Positions 1-11,589 of a stretch of DNA of 64,000 bases are shown piece after piece. This stretch comes from Tetramitus jugosus. Its lineage: Eukaryota; Protista; Heterolobosea. Made by a program: the position numbers and the translations under genes. The DNA lies in NCBI GenBank assembly GCA_937625935.1, contig OW569360.1:248001-312000 (forward strand), given 5' to 3'. The notes under the pieces were generated by a model. The model saw nothing but the letters and a program-made list of their open reading frames with translations, did not search any database and had not been told where the DNA came from. The stretch's first letter is position 1, and every line of letters begins with the position of its first letter.

Positions 1-2868
1 TTTTAATTTACCCCGCGACTCTCTGCTATAACTAACATCGTGCACCGAATAGGGAGTAATTTTGAATGATGTTCTGTTGCTTTCATATAACCACTTGCCT
101 TCGGTTTCACAGTTAGGTCCATTAAGCAGCTTGTTTTCATAAAACTCCTTGGAAGGAAAGCGTGATATGGACGGATGCATTCTGTACTGTGTATCCAACA
201 AAATTTTCTCTGCTCCAGCTTTTAACAGCCTCTCCATCAAGGATTGTGTGTAATTATTATTCGATGACAATTTGGATAAAACGGTAGGTGGAAGCTGCTG
301 AGGATCTCCCACTAACGTTATCGACTTGCAATGTTTGTTAATCACAATCGGGGCAATACACTCCGGCTCAACACACTGGCACGATTCGTCAATGATAATA
401 TTGGAGATTGATGGTAAAGTGTGATGAGTAACACTGCCGAGTGTTGTACAAAACACATCAGTATTTGAGAGAATTTTTTGTCGAATGAACTTTTGTTGCG
501 AGAAGACATTGGCCATCTCCTTTTTCTTCGCTTGTTCATTTGATATCATTTGGTCGATAAAAGTCTGTTCCCGACGCTTCGCTAGCTCATACCGACCTTT
601 TGTCTCCAGCAGCTTCGTAGAACTTGAATCTTTTCCAATCATCTCATCGATCGTAGATCTAAACAAGTCTATATTCTTTCGCACCAGATCGAGCTCTGAT
701 TGTATTTGTTGTCTTTGTTTGTCATACTTCTCAACACAAGCTCGTTTCTTGGCATCAAACTCTTTCTGAACCAAGTTATCAATATAGAGGTGTACCACAT
801 CATAGTGAACTTTACTTTTCACACCTAGTCGAACGACATTTGGACGGTATACCTCTCCATTTTTATCAACGAGACCTTTTCTGTTTATCCTGGCAATTAA
901 CTCATCAACTGCAGCGTTACTCGGAGCACAAACCAAAATTCGTTTCTTAATTTGGTCTGTGGCCCTATCCTTCAATAAGGCAGCGATCGTTCCAGCTATG
1001 GTCGCCGTCTTTTGTATTATAGATGCGCGATGTGTGTAAAATGAGAGTCAGTACATGTATGCGGATGGGACAAATACAAAAAAATTATTATTCATACAAA
1101 CCTTCCCCGATCCCGGAGGACCTTGGATGAGAGTGAAGCCCTCTCTCTTTGAATAGACACAAAGAATGGCGCATATCTGAGAGGGATTGAAATTGTCGAC
1201 CAAGTATTGTTTAAATGCACTATTCAGACCAACACGATCGAGATTCAGGCTTTGGGGTTCATAAATATTAGAAATTGGTACTCGATCTGGTGCTAATACC
1301 GTACTAGCGATCGTAGGACTCAGTTGATCAAGTGAAAATATGGAGAAGAAGGCTCGAACAGTTGGAGCGAGAGGACACAACTTTTGTAATCGAATCTTTT
1401 TGTTCTGTGCTAACATCAAGCCTGTAGGTAGTTTGTGCTGCCAAAAACGCACTGTCAAAAGAGATCTCTTATCTTTACGTAACATGTTGACGTGCTCAAT
1501 CTTATTTTGAACGAGATGTCCAAACACTTTGGAGTTGTCGTCAAGAATAATCATAACATAATCATATTCATTGTACCACATTCTTTCCTTTGTTCTAGTT
1601 TCAGTTTCGCGATTAACCACATGTACCAAAATCTGCAAGTAGTCTCTCTCAATCCAAGGATCAGTACAAATGATGACTTCCTCACCTGGAAATTCTTCTT
1701 CCTCATATGCTCGTTGAATCTGTGCGAATGTTTCGGCGTACATGTGTGGTTCATAAACGGATGCGTACTGATCAACATTCGAAAAACATAAAGGAATGCG
1801 CGGTGGTTCTTTCTTCAACAGTTCAATCTTCTTTGCGTCATCGGTTGGACTCACTGATGCAATAAATCTTACAATTCTGTTCTTCCTCCGCTCAATATCG
1901 CCCCTTCTTCGATTTTCTAGTTCTTGCGCTCGTAATTCTTCATTTCTAGCATTCTTTTCAAATGATTGGGACAAGATCAATACTTTGCGTTCGTTCGTGT
2001 GATGAGACATTTCCTCTGCTGCACTTTCAAGTTTTCTCCTCTCTCTGTCTTCCATCAATTTTTGATCCTCTCGTTCTTGATTTATAATACTGCCCGTACT
2101 GAGTTTGGGTACATGGATTTGCTCTTTTATCGTTCGCTTTAACAAGTCTGAGTGTGCAGAATCATCTCCACCATCACGATTACGCACCAATTTACTCGAT
2201 TTTTTTAATGGAGGGTTCACTGGCAATGCAGTCGACCCACCACGAGCCGAAGACTTTTGGAATGGAATCGTTTTCACACTGGCCATCTTCGAATCATTGT
2301 TCACATCTTTTGACACAACTTCGCTCTGATTCATATGAGATGACACATATGAGTTGATTTGAGGTGTGTTCGTGCTGAGTTTCATCTTTTTAGGTGGTGC
2401 CAGATAGTCATCGTCATTGTTCAGCGTTGATGCAACTGAAGAAATGGGTCGTTTTTGGCTCCGAGATGTTGTTTGATTGATATTTCTAGAGCTTGACGCA
2501 ACTATGTTTTGCTGAGCACTATTACTAATGTATTGTTCAAAATCAAATGTTGATGTTTGTTCATCACTGACGTAACCTGTTTCGACATATGGATCATAGT
2601 CATCATCCTGCTCATCATCATCATCATCAATATCTGTGATATCAATGACAGCAATATTGTTGTTTTTGCTGCTACTGCCGCTACTTGATGAAGCAACCAT
2701 TTGATTGGTGTCTCCTTTGTGCAAAAAATCATCAAAATCGTCGATTGATGTGACAAAGGCATGTTGTGGCTGTGATCCCGTGGTAGTGGAAGGTGTTGTT
2801 AGATCCATATCATATTCATCATTATCTGAATCATCTGAATCATAGGCATTGAGATCCACATAGCTCAT
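1..2868 (-). CDS. Sen1/senataxin/MAA3-like SF1 (UPF1-family) helicase; 3' end runs off the window; intron 1101..1009
   Basis: Walker A IQGPPGSGK is completed as GKT-ATI after splicing a GT..AG intron (1101-1009). Exon 2 reads RILVCAPSNAAVDE, IIIDESCQ, LVGDPQQLPPT, SLMERL and QYRMHPSISRFPS, all Sen1/UPF1-family motifs. Start taken at ATG 2868 (MSYVDL). Confidence 0.9.
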
Positions 2869-2942
2869 GTTTTTCAACTTTAATTTTGTTTTGTTGCGCA
2901 TACACAAATAACATTTGTTCGACAAACTTTTTGAACTAATGG

Positions 2943-2954
2943 TTTGGCGCCAAA
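2943..2954. promoter_or_regulatory. Palindromic E2F-like site TTTGGCGCCAAA in a divergent promoter
   Basis: Perfect 12-bp palindrome matching the E2F consensus TTTSSCGC on both strands, roughly midway between the ATGs at 2868 (-) and 3016 (+). Confidence 0.5.
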
Positions 2955-3015
2955 AAATCTTACAGAGAAATTAGCCCAAAATGTTCGAGAAACACAAGCT
3001 CATCACTGTGGGAAA

Positions 3016-4134
3016 ATGTTGAAGAGGGTTCTCATATGGAATGATGGATCATCCGAAGCATTGTATATGGATGGAAGTGTGATTAGCCTCCACAAGGATC
3101 GCTCTTTATTTGATTATGTTGGAGACTCAGGTGTTGTTCAAGTAAATATCTTAACTCGATTTGCTCGAGATGAACCCTATGAGGAGAGTACAACTAGTGG
3201 AAACAAACACTCTATAAAGTCAAAACTATTGAACTTGTTGCATTTTGTGAACTCTCACATTACCGAACCTTATTTAGCTCGTCCCAATGTTCCCATAAAG
3301 GATGAAAAGGATGTTGTAAAGCGATGGCACAGAATAATGAGCGCAAACTGGATATTCTCCTCTCAGTATGTGATTATTCTGTCTTCTGGCTCTGTTCAAG
3401 TTAATTCGGTGGATGAAAAAGTCAGATTGACCGTAATGCCGAATGGAAGACGCATGAAAGCATCATACTTCGCAGAAATTCAGAAAAGTAATAATGATTC
3501 TAGTCTGAAGGAAAGAGAATATATTCTCATCAACCAGTATTTCTCTGTGTCAAGCTTTCCAGAAAACTGGATAATTCCTTTCACGATAGCCATGTATTAC
3601 TACGTCCAACATCATGGAATACACAATTCAGAATATGATTATCTTTTTCGGCAATTGAATCATGAACAGGAGTATCACACGGAACTGCCAACTTCAAAAT
3701 TACCTGAGATGGTGTCAGTTTATAGGTCTTCGAATCATGAAAGAGATTTAGCAAATAGAGCTAAAATGATACAGATATTTGACAGCACTAATGGGAGCCA
3801 AGGACGAAGTATTGCATCCTGTGTGATTAGCGACCATAGAATTATCTACCTCGAATACGTTGTCCAGTTCAACTTACTTTACCAATACGTCCTTAACTCA
3901 AGATGTGCAGAGGTCCATTCTGACGACTTATCTCTGATATCAACGGGAAACGACCAATATAAACTGTACTATTTCGAAAATTCGCCTGCTCAACGTTCAA
4001 TTATACACTCAAAGAATTGTCCCAGTGTATTTGTTGGCAGGCAGAGAGTAAATGTGAGTTTACTCTTGCCAGACTTGGAATCTTTCAGGATCAGAGCCAC
4101 AGAAATGCATCAAACATACGAAGAGAAATCATAA
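3016..4134 (+). CDS. C5orf34-like protein (DUF4524 family)
   Basis: MLKRVLIWNDGSSEALYMDGSVISL resembles the C5orf34 N-terminus (MILYEDDSVQVQYVDGSTLQL). YILINQYFSVSSFPENWIIPF resembles YTWVKQCWSVAACPEEWKYPL. First ATG is at 3016. Confidence 0.7.
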   Translation: MLKRVLIWNDGSSEALYMDGSVISLHKDRSLFDYVGDSGVVQVNILTRFARDEPYEESTTSGNKHSIKSKLLNLLHFVNSHITEPYLARPNVPIKDEKDVVKRWHRIMSANWIFSSQYVIILSSGSVQVNSVDEKVRLTVMPNGRRMKASYFAEIQKSNNDSSLKEREYILINQYFSVSSFPENWIIPFTIAMYYYVQHHGIHNSEYDYLFRQLNHEQEYHTELPTSKLPEMVSVYRSSNHERDLANRAKMIQIFDSTNGSQGRSIASCVISDHRIIYLEYVVQFNLLYQYVLNSRCAEVHSDDLSLISTGNDQYKLYYFENSPAQRSIIHSKNCPSVFVGRQRVNVSLLLPDLESFRIRATEMHQTYEEKS

Positions 4135-4176
4135 AGACTAATGGAACTCTCTATTCGAAGAATTCAACTTTATCGA

Positions 4177-5424
4177 CTACACATTGATACCAACCTTGGA
4201 AAGTGCATCAGTTGCCCAAGTTGGGTACTTCTTGTCTGGGTACTGCAAAAACATAAAATCTTTCACAAACTTCTCAAAAGATCCGTCTATAATTGCTTCT
4301 CTCATCTGTTTCATTAATTGCATTTGATAGGCAATATTATGATGTGTCACCAAGTGGCAGCCAGTCTCCTCCTTACAAACAACTTGATGCAAGAATGCTC
4401 GTGAATAATTGTCGCGAACCATTCCAGGTACTTTCTCGTCCAATGGACCCAAATCACTCTCGTACTTTTGAGACTTTAGCTTCATTGTTCCATCACCAAC
4501 TAGTGCTGTACCGAAACGGGCTGTTCTACATGGATACACACAATCAAACATATCGACACCCAATGCCACACAAACAACCAAATCCACAGGATAACCAACA
4601 CCCATGCAATATCTTGGCTTGTTCTGAGGCAGTCTATCTGTGCACAAATCAACAATTTTCCAGAATTCATCCTTGGACTCACCTCCACTCAATCCACCAA
4701 TCGCATATCCAGGACAATTTCTCTTTATCAATCCATCCAAACAAATATTTCTGAGTCTGGGGTGCAATCCTCCTTGCACGATACCGAACAAATTCTGTGT
4801 CTGAGGAGACTTGTGCGCACGAATACATCTGTCCATCCATCTCAACGTTCTCCACATGGCTTCCTCCACACGCTTCTCATCAGGACACGTACTGCTCACC
4901 ACATCATCCAATGCCATCATAATATCTCCTCCAATCTGATTCTGAATGTGCATTGAGTGCTCCGGTGTCAACAACATTTGACTTCCATCGTGAGGCGATT
5001 GAAAGGTCACACCAGTCTCCGTTATATCCGCCAAATCCAGCAAACTCACCATCTGAAATCCACCAGAATCAGTCAAAATGTTCCGATTCCAGTTCATAAA
5101 CTTGTGCAAACCACCTGCTTCTGCCAATAGATCCGGTCCAGGTCTCTGTCCCAAATGATACGTGTTACCCAAAATGATTTGACAATTTAGATCCTCTAGT
5201 TGCTTGGTAGTGAGACCCTTGATTGTTCCCTGAGTTCCCACAGGCATGAAAATGGGTGTTTGACAGGTAAAGTGAGGCAATGTCAATTCAGAGGCTCTGG
5301 CCTTTCCGCACTGTGCAATAATTTTGTACTCGAGGGCTGATACTTTATTCTCTTCATAGTCGTGCAATTCAGATCTATCTAGATCTGATTGAACATCGAG
5401 TGAGGTGGCAGTGCTTGGCTCCAT
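4177..5424 (-). CDS. QTRT1: Queuine tRNA-ribosyltransferase catalytic subunit (eukaryotic TGT)
   Basis: TPIFMPVGTQG, ILGNTYHL, LTDSGGFQMVSL, MALDD, GIVQGG, AIGGLSGGE and GVDMFDCV are present with catalytic aspartates intact. The zinc-binding cysteines are absent. Confidence 0.96.
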   Translation of the reverse strand: MEPSTATSLDVQSDLDRSELHDYEENKVSALEYKIIAQCGKARASELTLPHFTCQTPIFMPVGTQGTIKGLTTKQLEDLNCQIILGNTYHLGQRPGPDLLAEAGGLHKFMNWNRNILTDSGGFQMVSLLDLADITETGVTFQSPHDGSQMLLTPEHSMHIQNQIGGDIMMALDDVVSSTCPDEKRVEEAMWRTLRWMDRCIRAHKSPQTQNLFGIVQGGLHPRLRNICLDGLIKRNCPGYAIGGLSGGESKDEFWKIVDLCTDRLPQNKPRYCMGVGYPVDLVVCVALGVDMFDCVYPCRTARFGTALVGDGTMKLKSQKYESDLGPLDEKVPGMVRDNYSRAFLHQVVCKEETGCHLVTHHNIAYQMQLMKQMREAIIDGSFEKFVKDFMFLQYPDKKYPTWATDALSKVGINV

Positions 5425-5735
5425 GTTTGTTGTTGTTTTCTTGTTTTTTGTGCAGTTTCACACAACAACTTCAATCAACTCATTGAGGAATCGGAGCGGA
5501 GTATATGATTCAGCTTCGACCTCTCAAATGTGGTTTGATGGGCGGCCAATAGTCGGAAACAACTCCTCGCGCTCCACCAACACCAACAACAAACTAACCA
5601 ATCGTCGGGTTCTCCCCCACACAACTCTCATTTCAATACATTTGTTCTGCTCGGTGTTTTGACCTCTATTGAAAACTCAAGCTAAAGCACGGTTGAAAGT
5701 TAAGTGTTGTCGTCATTCGTGAGTTGAATTAAGAA

Positions 5736-8436
5736 ATGAGAGGCCGAAACACAACATCTACAGCTGCCAAAACGGCAGCAACTAATGCTGGCAGCCAGAC
5801 AGGAAGTTCCACATCCACTCCCACCAGAAGAAGAAGAGCCAAGTCAACCAACTCCAATTCTCCGCCATCCGCTACAATAAAAGTCTTGGCGACCAACAAG
5901 AACGAACAGCAAAACAATTACCAAACATCGATGCGCATGATGAAGGATAAACCAGTGGGAACTACTCACGGAAATAGCAAGATGCACGTCGGCACAAACC
6001 AAGGTAACTACCGCGTATTCTTAACAGACAAATTTTTTGTTTTTCAAGTCGAACAATCCAAATTGACACGAACAATAATGAATGATAGGAACCGTGGCAT
6101 CAAAATCTGGTCTGCCATCAAACTCTATGAGCGAATGGGAACATCATTCGTTGCAGTATCCTCCTCATTTGGTCGTCGTAGAGGAACAGTATGTCAAAAT
6201 TCGAAATTCAATACTATATCAGTGGTACTCTGATGTTCAAAGTTACTTGACAAGAGAGAAGGCATTGAAGGACTTGAAACCAAGTGAAATAGAATTGGCC
6301 AAGGTGACATTTGATTTCTTGAATCGGTTTGGCTACATTAATATTGGTTTGATGAAGAATATGCATGCTCTGCAATCAATGAATCATCACAAGAAGAAGA
6401 TTGCAATTGTGGGAGCAGGAATGTCAGGAATCATGGCCGGACACAAATTACAAATGTTGGGATATGATGTGACGATATTTGAGGCGAGAAAGAGGACAGG
6501 TGGAAGAATTGCTGTGGATTCAAATCCAAATTACTCGATTGATATTGGTGCTTCGATTGTAACGGGCAGTGATACGAATCCGATCTGCACTACACTTACG
6601 AAACAAACAAATCAATTTCACTTGCATACGATTGGAGATGTTGGCGCGTTGTTTGATGTGAATGGTGATGCGATCCATCTCAATTTGGACTTGAAAATTG
6701 AAAGAGAATTCAATCGAATATTGGATGCTGCATGTGATATGAAACGTCCAGAAAATGAGGAGAAGCGAAAATCTTATTTGACGCACAGCAACGAACGATT
6801 GGAAGAGATATCTCTAGGACAAATTTTATTCCAAATGATTGATGAATATGTCAATAGTGTACAAAACAAGGATGAGAAGGAGTTGTATCAGCGAGCTCTC
6901 TATTGGCATGTAGCAAATCTGGAGTATGGTACAGGAACTCACCTGGATCAATGTAGTTTATCGCACTGGGATCAAGACGATCAGTATGAGATAGGAGGCA
7001 AGCATAAATTTGTCAAAGAGGGATACACATCGATTATTAACTTATTGTCAAAGAACTTAAACATCAAATTGGGTCAAATTGTAGAGAAGGTTGAGTATCT
7101 ACCCAACATGTCAGTTAAATTACATACGAAACCGAATGCCGACTATGGCTCAAATCACACAATCAAGAATGTTCGAATGTCTCATACCTTAGACGATGAC
7201 TTTGCTGTGAGTGACTCGCATGAAGAACAGAGTGACAAAAGTGATGAAGAAACAGAAAAGGCAATTGATATTATGGATGGTGAAATCGTATCTGAATCAA
7301 TTATTCACGAATGTGATGCTGTACTCATCACCGTACCCCTAGGTGTATTGCAAAAGAAAACAATTAAGTTTGAGCCTGCTTTACCGGATTGGAAAACGAA
7401 AGCAATCGATAATCTGGGATTTGGTGTCCTCAACAAACTTATATTAACATTTCCCTATGTTTTCTGGGATCGTAAGATGGACTACTTTGGCAGTTTAAAC
7501 GATAACGTGGAAAATCGAGGTGGTCGCTACTTGTTCTGGAATATGTATCCCTGTTTAAATCAACCGGTGCTTGTTGCTCTCTTTGCTGGATCAGCAGCTC
7601 TAAGTATGGAATCCGAAAACATTGACAATCTGTTGAGTGATGCCATGGACATTCTGCGGAAAATTCACGGGCAGCATATTCCTCATCCAGTCAAGTACTT
7701 GAAGACATCGTGGTCCAGTGATCCATATGCGACCGGTACCTATAGCTATATCAAGTATGGTTCTGATGGTAATGATATGGATCTGCTAGCAAAACCTGTT
7801 TCGCAAAAAGTCTTCTTTGCTGGTGAGGCAACTTGGAGAAAACATCCATCCACAGTGTTGGGTGCTCTTCAGAGTGGACTCAGAGAAGCTGGAAGAATTG
7901 ACTTGGAGTTTCATAGATCACAACCAGCTCCTTCGACAAGCAGTAGCATTAACATTACGACAACACAAACCGAAAATCGTTCTTCAGTCTGGAAACGGAT
8001 GCCCAATCGGACAGATAGCGACCCCACGCTTCTGTCCCCCGCAAAGAAAGTCAAGATTATGCAAATCCTGAATGATATCAAACTATCTCAACCATCCCCT
8101 CTGATCCACTCTCCCTCGCCATCCTTTTCCAGACCGACAAACTCTGCACTGCCCTATGGAACCATGAATCAGTTTGTGTATCCTCCGTCCTATTCTCCAT
8201 TTCCACCTCCTGGACCACTATCTCAACAACATTACGCCCACCCCCACTACCAACATCTATATTACCACCCGAACTACCTCCATTCAACCAACAACTATCC
8301 GCTATTAATTCCAGCGACTTCCTACCCCACTCCAAACCCTTATCTCCAGTCTCAGTCGCCCTACAGTCGAATGCTTTGGAGTAATTACAACCAATACAAT
8401 CATGACACAAATCAAACAAACCAAAGAAAATCCTGA
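5736..8436 (+). CDS. Lysine-specific histone demethylase, LSD1/KDM1-like (SWIRM + flavin amine oxidase); intron 6004..6088
   Basis: SWIRM (YVKIRNSILYQW...FLNRFGYINIG), FAD motifs IVGAGMSG and EARKRTGGRI, catalytic Lys in GFGVLNK, and FFAGEAT...TVLGALQSGLREA. The 6082 frame is closed by TGA at 6079, but a GT..AG intron at 6004-6088 joins it in frame to the 5736 ORF. Confidence 0.92.
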
Positions 8437-8501
8437 CAGGGATTTTGTGAAAAGAGCAATCAATAAACACTATATTTATTCAATCCAACATTTCACTTTC
8501 T

Positions 8502-9789
8502 TTACAAACCACTGCTAATGACCTGTCCCAAGATCATCTTTAATCCGTTGAAGATGTTGCGCCATCCACCTTCAACACGCTTGTCCTGCAAAGAAACAAT
8601 ATCGGAATGAACGAGAGACACGACACACATGTCTCCTTGCTGATCAAAAGTCAAGCTCAACTTTGACCAACAATCAGCAGGCCAATCCTGGAACCTCCAC
8701 TTTTGAACAATCTTCTTATTCTCCTCCAATTCAACAATCTCAGCGACAACACTTGCGCCAAACATGGTCACCTTTCCGCCCACCTTCTTTTCAACAGTCG
8801 CTGGTGCACGTGTCATCATACTCAATCTTTGACTGTCCAAGAAACTGTCATAAATCATGGAGATGTGACCTCTGAGCTTTTCAGTCATCTTGACTGTGGC
8901 ACTTTGATTTCCAGATGCCAAACTCTTCTTGCTGTCTTCCATTGCCTTCTTTGACTCTGTAAAAGTGCCGCTGCTTGCACTAGTGCTACCACTATTGTTT
9001 CTACTGATTGCAGAAGTGCTGCTATCATTCTTCTTCTCCCTGTCCATTTTTTCCATTTCGCTCTCCCATTCCTTGTACTTTTCAGCCACGTTGGCACCTG
9101 CTTTCAACTCTGTCAAGAAAGTGACAATCTTTGGTCGCAAAAACGCTGGAACTTGCTTGTACACGAGATCTTTCAAGTCTCTCTGTTGTTTGGTCGCCTT
9201 ATTGTCAGAGTCGAGTGACACCTTGATCTCAAAATCATCCATATCGTTCTCATCTGAAATGTATGGCATGAGAACCTTGCCTGTTGCAGTAACCACTGAT
9301 TTTTTGTCTTTAGTCTGTTGTTCATCATCACCATCATCTGTTGTTGGAGTTGTTGCTTCTGTTGTGATCGTAGCTTTCCAATCAATTGCCACATCCAATT
9401 GATAGAATGTAATCAATTTTCTGTTTCAACAGTGAATACATGTGTTAGCATTTGAATGATCGCACACAACAAATCATAATTGCGCAAGAAAAAACATCAT
9501 TGTCACCATCCGTCTGTGTGTCTGTCTGGTCCGTCCGTCCATCTTCAGCTTACCTCTTTCTGTTTGCTACGTAGGCATCACCCTTGACATGAGTAATCTT
9601 GAGTAGTTGACACTTGGTACCACTCTTTTCATCCTCGTAGAATATTTGATTGGTCAACAGTTCGGCCAATCTCTTCTTGCACCACTCAATCACATTCTGT
9701 TCAGTCCAATGCCATCTGCCGACGTTGGTGCCTACTTTGCCCATGTCGTTCACGATCCATCTTGGGTCTGCTTGATCTGCTGTTGCCAT
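8502..9789 (-). CDS. AHA1: Activator of Hsp90 ATPase (Aha1); intron 9553..9421
   Basis: DPRWIV...NVGRWHWTE, the spliced ANRKRKLITFY, MPYISDEN, and a C-terminal START-like domain with KIVQKWRFQDWP. Confidence 0.93.
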
Positions 9790-10219
9790 TTTCTAGTTTT
9801 TGTTTGTTTGATTTTTGTTGTTGTTGTTGTTATTGTTCCAATGGAGGTGATGCGCGTGCTCTCTTTAGTTTCATCGGTGAGTCAGTCGCCTTGTATTCCG
9901 AAGATTCTCCGTAGCAAAGATTCCGAGAGCGGAGATACTGATGAGAATTCTCTGGTGAGCTTGGGATAGACAACACCATTCTTTGTCCTTGTTTCTTCAA
10001 CTGGTATGGAAGCAAGTTTAAATATGAGATCGGATCTCTTACTCAACGACAAGGAAATGAGTTGACGATAACAATTTTTGTGCAACTTTTTTCTGGAACT
10101 AGACTCGAAAATTGACCGTTATTTCACAGGTCGTTGCACACACAGAATTGAAAGCTCGCAAACAAAGCAAAACGAAAACGATAATAACCCAACATAATTA
10201 AGTAAACACAGACAACATC

Positions 10220-11383
10220 ATGGGAATTAAAGGATTATCAGGTCTCATAGCAGACACTTGCCCACAAGCCATCTCAGAGGATGAACTAAAGAACATGTTT
10301 GCTCGAAAAATTGCATTCGATGCCAATATGAGCATGTACCAATTCTTGATCAGTATCAGAGGATCTCACGGTGGAGACTTGACAAACATGAACGGAGAAG
10401 TGACAAGTCACTTGCAAGGACTACTCAGTCGTACAATCAAGTTTTTGGAACTTGGCATCAAACCAATTTATGTGTTTGATGGTAAACCACCTGAGATGAA
10501 GAGCTCAGAATTGCAAAAGAGAAGAGAAAAGGCAAAGGAAGCCGAGGAACAATTTTCGCTTGCTGAACAGGCTGGTGACGAAGAAAAGATGATCATGTAC
10601 TCTAAGAGAACTGTCAGAGTTTCGCGTGAACAAATTGAAGATGGAAAGAAGTTGCTGAGATTGATGGGAGTTCCCGTTGTTGAGTCACCAACAGAAGCTG
10701 AGAGTCAGTGTGCTGAATTGGCCAAGAAGAAGCTTGTTTATGCGACTGGTACAGAAGATATGGATGCCTTGACATTTGGTACTCCCACACTTGTGAGACA
10801 CATGACCTTTTCAGAAGCTAGAAAGCAACCGATTCAAACATTTGACTTACAAACTGTGCTTGATTCATGGAAGGTAACAATGGATCAATTCATTGATATT
10901 TGTATTCTGTGTGGTTGTGACTACTGTGATACGATTAAGGGTATTGGTCCAAAGAAGGCACATCAGATGGTTAAAAAATATGGCGATATTGAACGTGTGA
11001 TCAAGAGTCTTCGAGACAAACCACAATATGTCGTACCTGAAAATTTCTTGGAAGAGGTCGTTAGAGCAAGAGTGCTGTTCAAGACTCCTGATGTTACTGA
11101 TGCATCAGAGCTCGAAGAATTATTGAAGTGGGAGGAGCCTGATGAGGAAGGATTGGTTGAATTCCTTGTGAAGGAGAAGGCTTTTGATGAAGCAAGAGTT
11201 AGATCATCAGTGAAAAGACTCATGACCAACAAGGGCAAAGCTCAACAAGAAAGATTGACCAGCTTCTTCCAGGTTGTGAAGAAAGGAAGAGGAAAGATTG
11301 AAAAGAAGGATGACAAGAAGGGCAAGGGTGCCGCAGGAAAGAGAAAGCGTGACGAAGGTTCATCAAGCAACAAGAAGAAGTAA
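10220..11383 (+). CDS. FEN1: Flap endonuclease 1
   Basis: MGIKGL, GEVTSHLQG, YVFDGKPP, EAESQCA, TEDMDALTFG, LCGCDY, GIGPKKA and PIP box QERLTSFF. Confidence 0.98.
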   Translation: MGIKGLSGLIADTCPQAISEDELKNMFARKIAFDANMSMYQFLISIRGSHGGDLTNMNGEVTSHLQGLLSRTIKFLELGIKPIYVFDGKPPEMKSSELQKRREKAKEAEEQFSLAEQAGDEEKMIMYSKRTVRVSREQIEDGKKLLRLMGVPVVESPTEAESQCAELAKKKLVYATGTEDMDALTFGTPTLVRHMTFSEARKQPIQTFDLQTVLDSWKVTMDQFIDICILCGCDYCDTIKGIGPKKAHQMVKKYGDIERVIKSLRDKPQYVVPENFLEEVVRARVLFKTPDVTDASELEELLKWEEPDEEGLVEFLVKEKAFDEARVRSSVKRLMTNKGKAQQERLTSFFQVVKKGRGKIEKKDDKKGKGAAGKRKRDEGSSSNKKK

Positions 11384-11589
11384 CTTTACCGGGTGCACTT
11401 TCATGGAACGGCTGTTACTGAGTGGATCACGTAACATCTTTCGGACTTGCGCTCACCGAACTCGGGGAGATCTCATGTTCCGTTGCGCACGATCAAAATT
11501 AAAACCCTTTCTGCAAAACAAAAATCAACAACAACAACACGCACTGAACTTCTTGTACCATAGAGCAACAGAACAATCCTTCTCCCAAC

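Noticed and set aside
9840-10100. Small gene or ncRNA in the Aha1/FEN1 divergent spacer
   Set aside because: Only short ORFs without motifs and short palindromes (GAGAATTCTC, GAGATCGGATCTC) at chance level.
10110-10121. Myb/MSA-like AACGG motifs in several promoters (10113, 41864, 59986, 60678)
   Set aside because: A 5-6-mer too short to distinguish from chance without genome-wide statistics.
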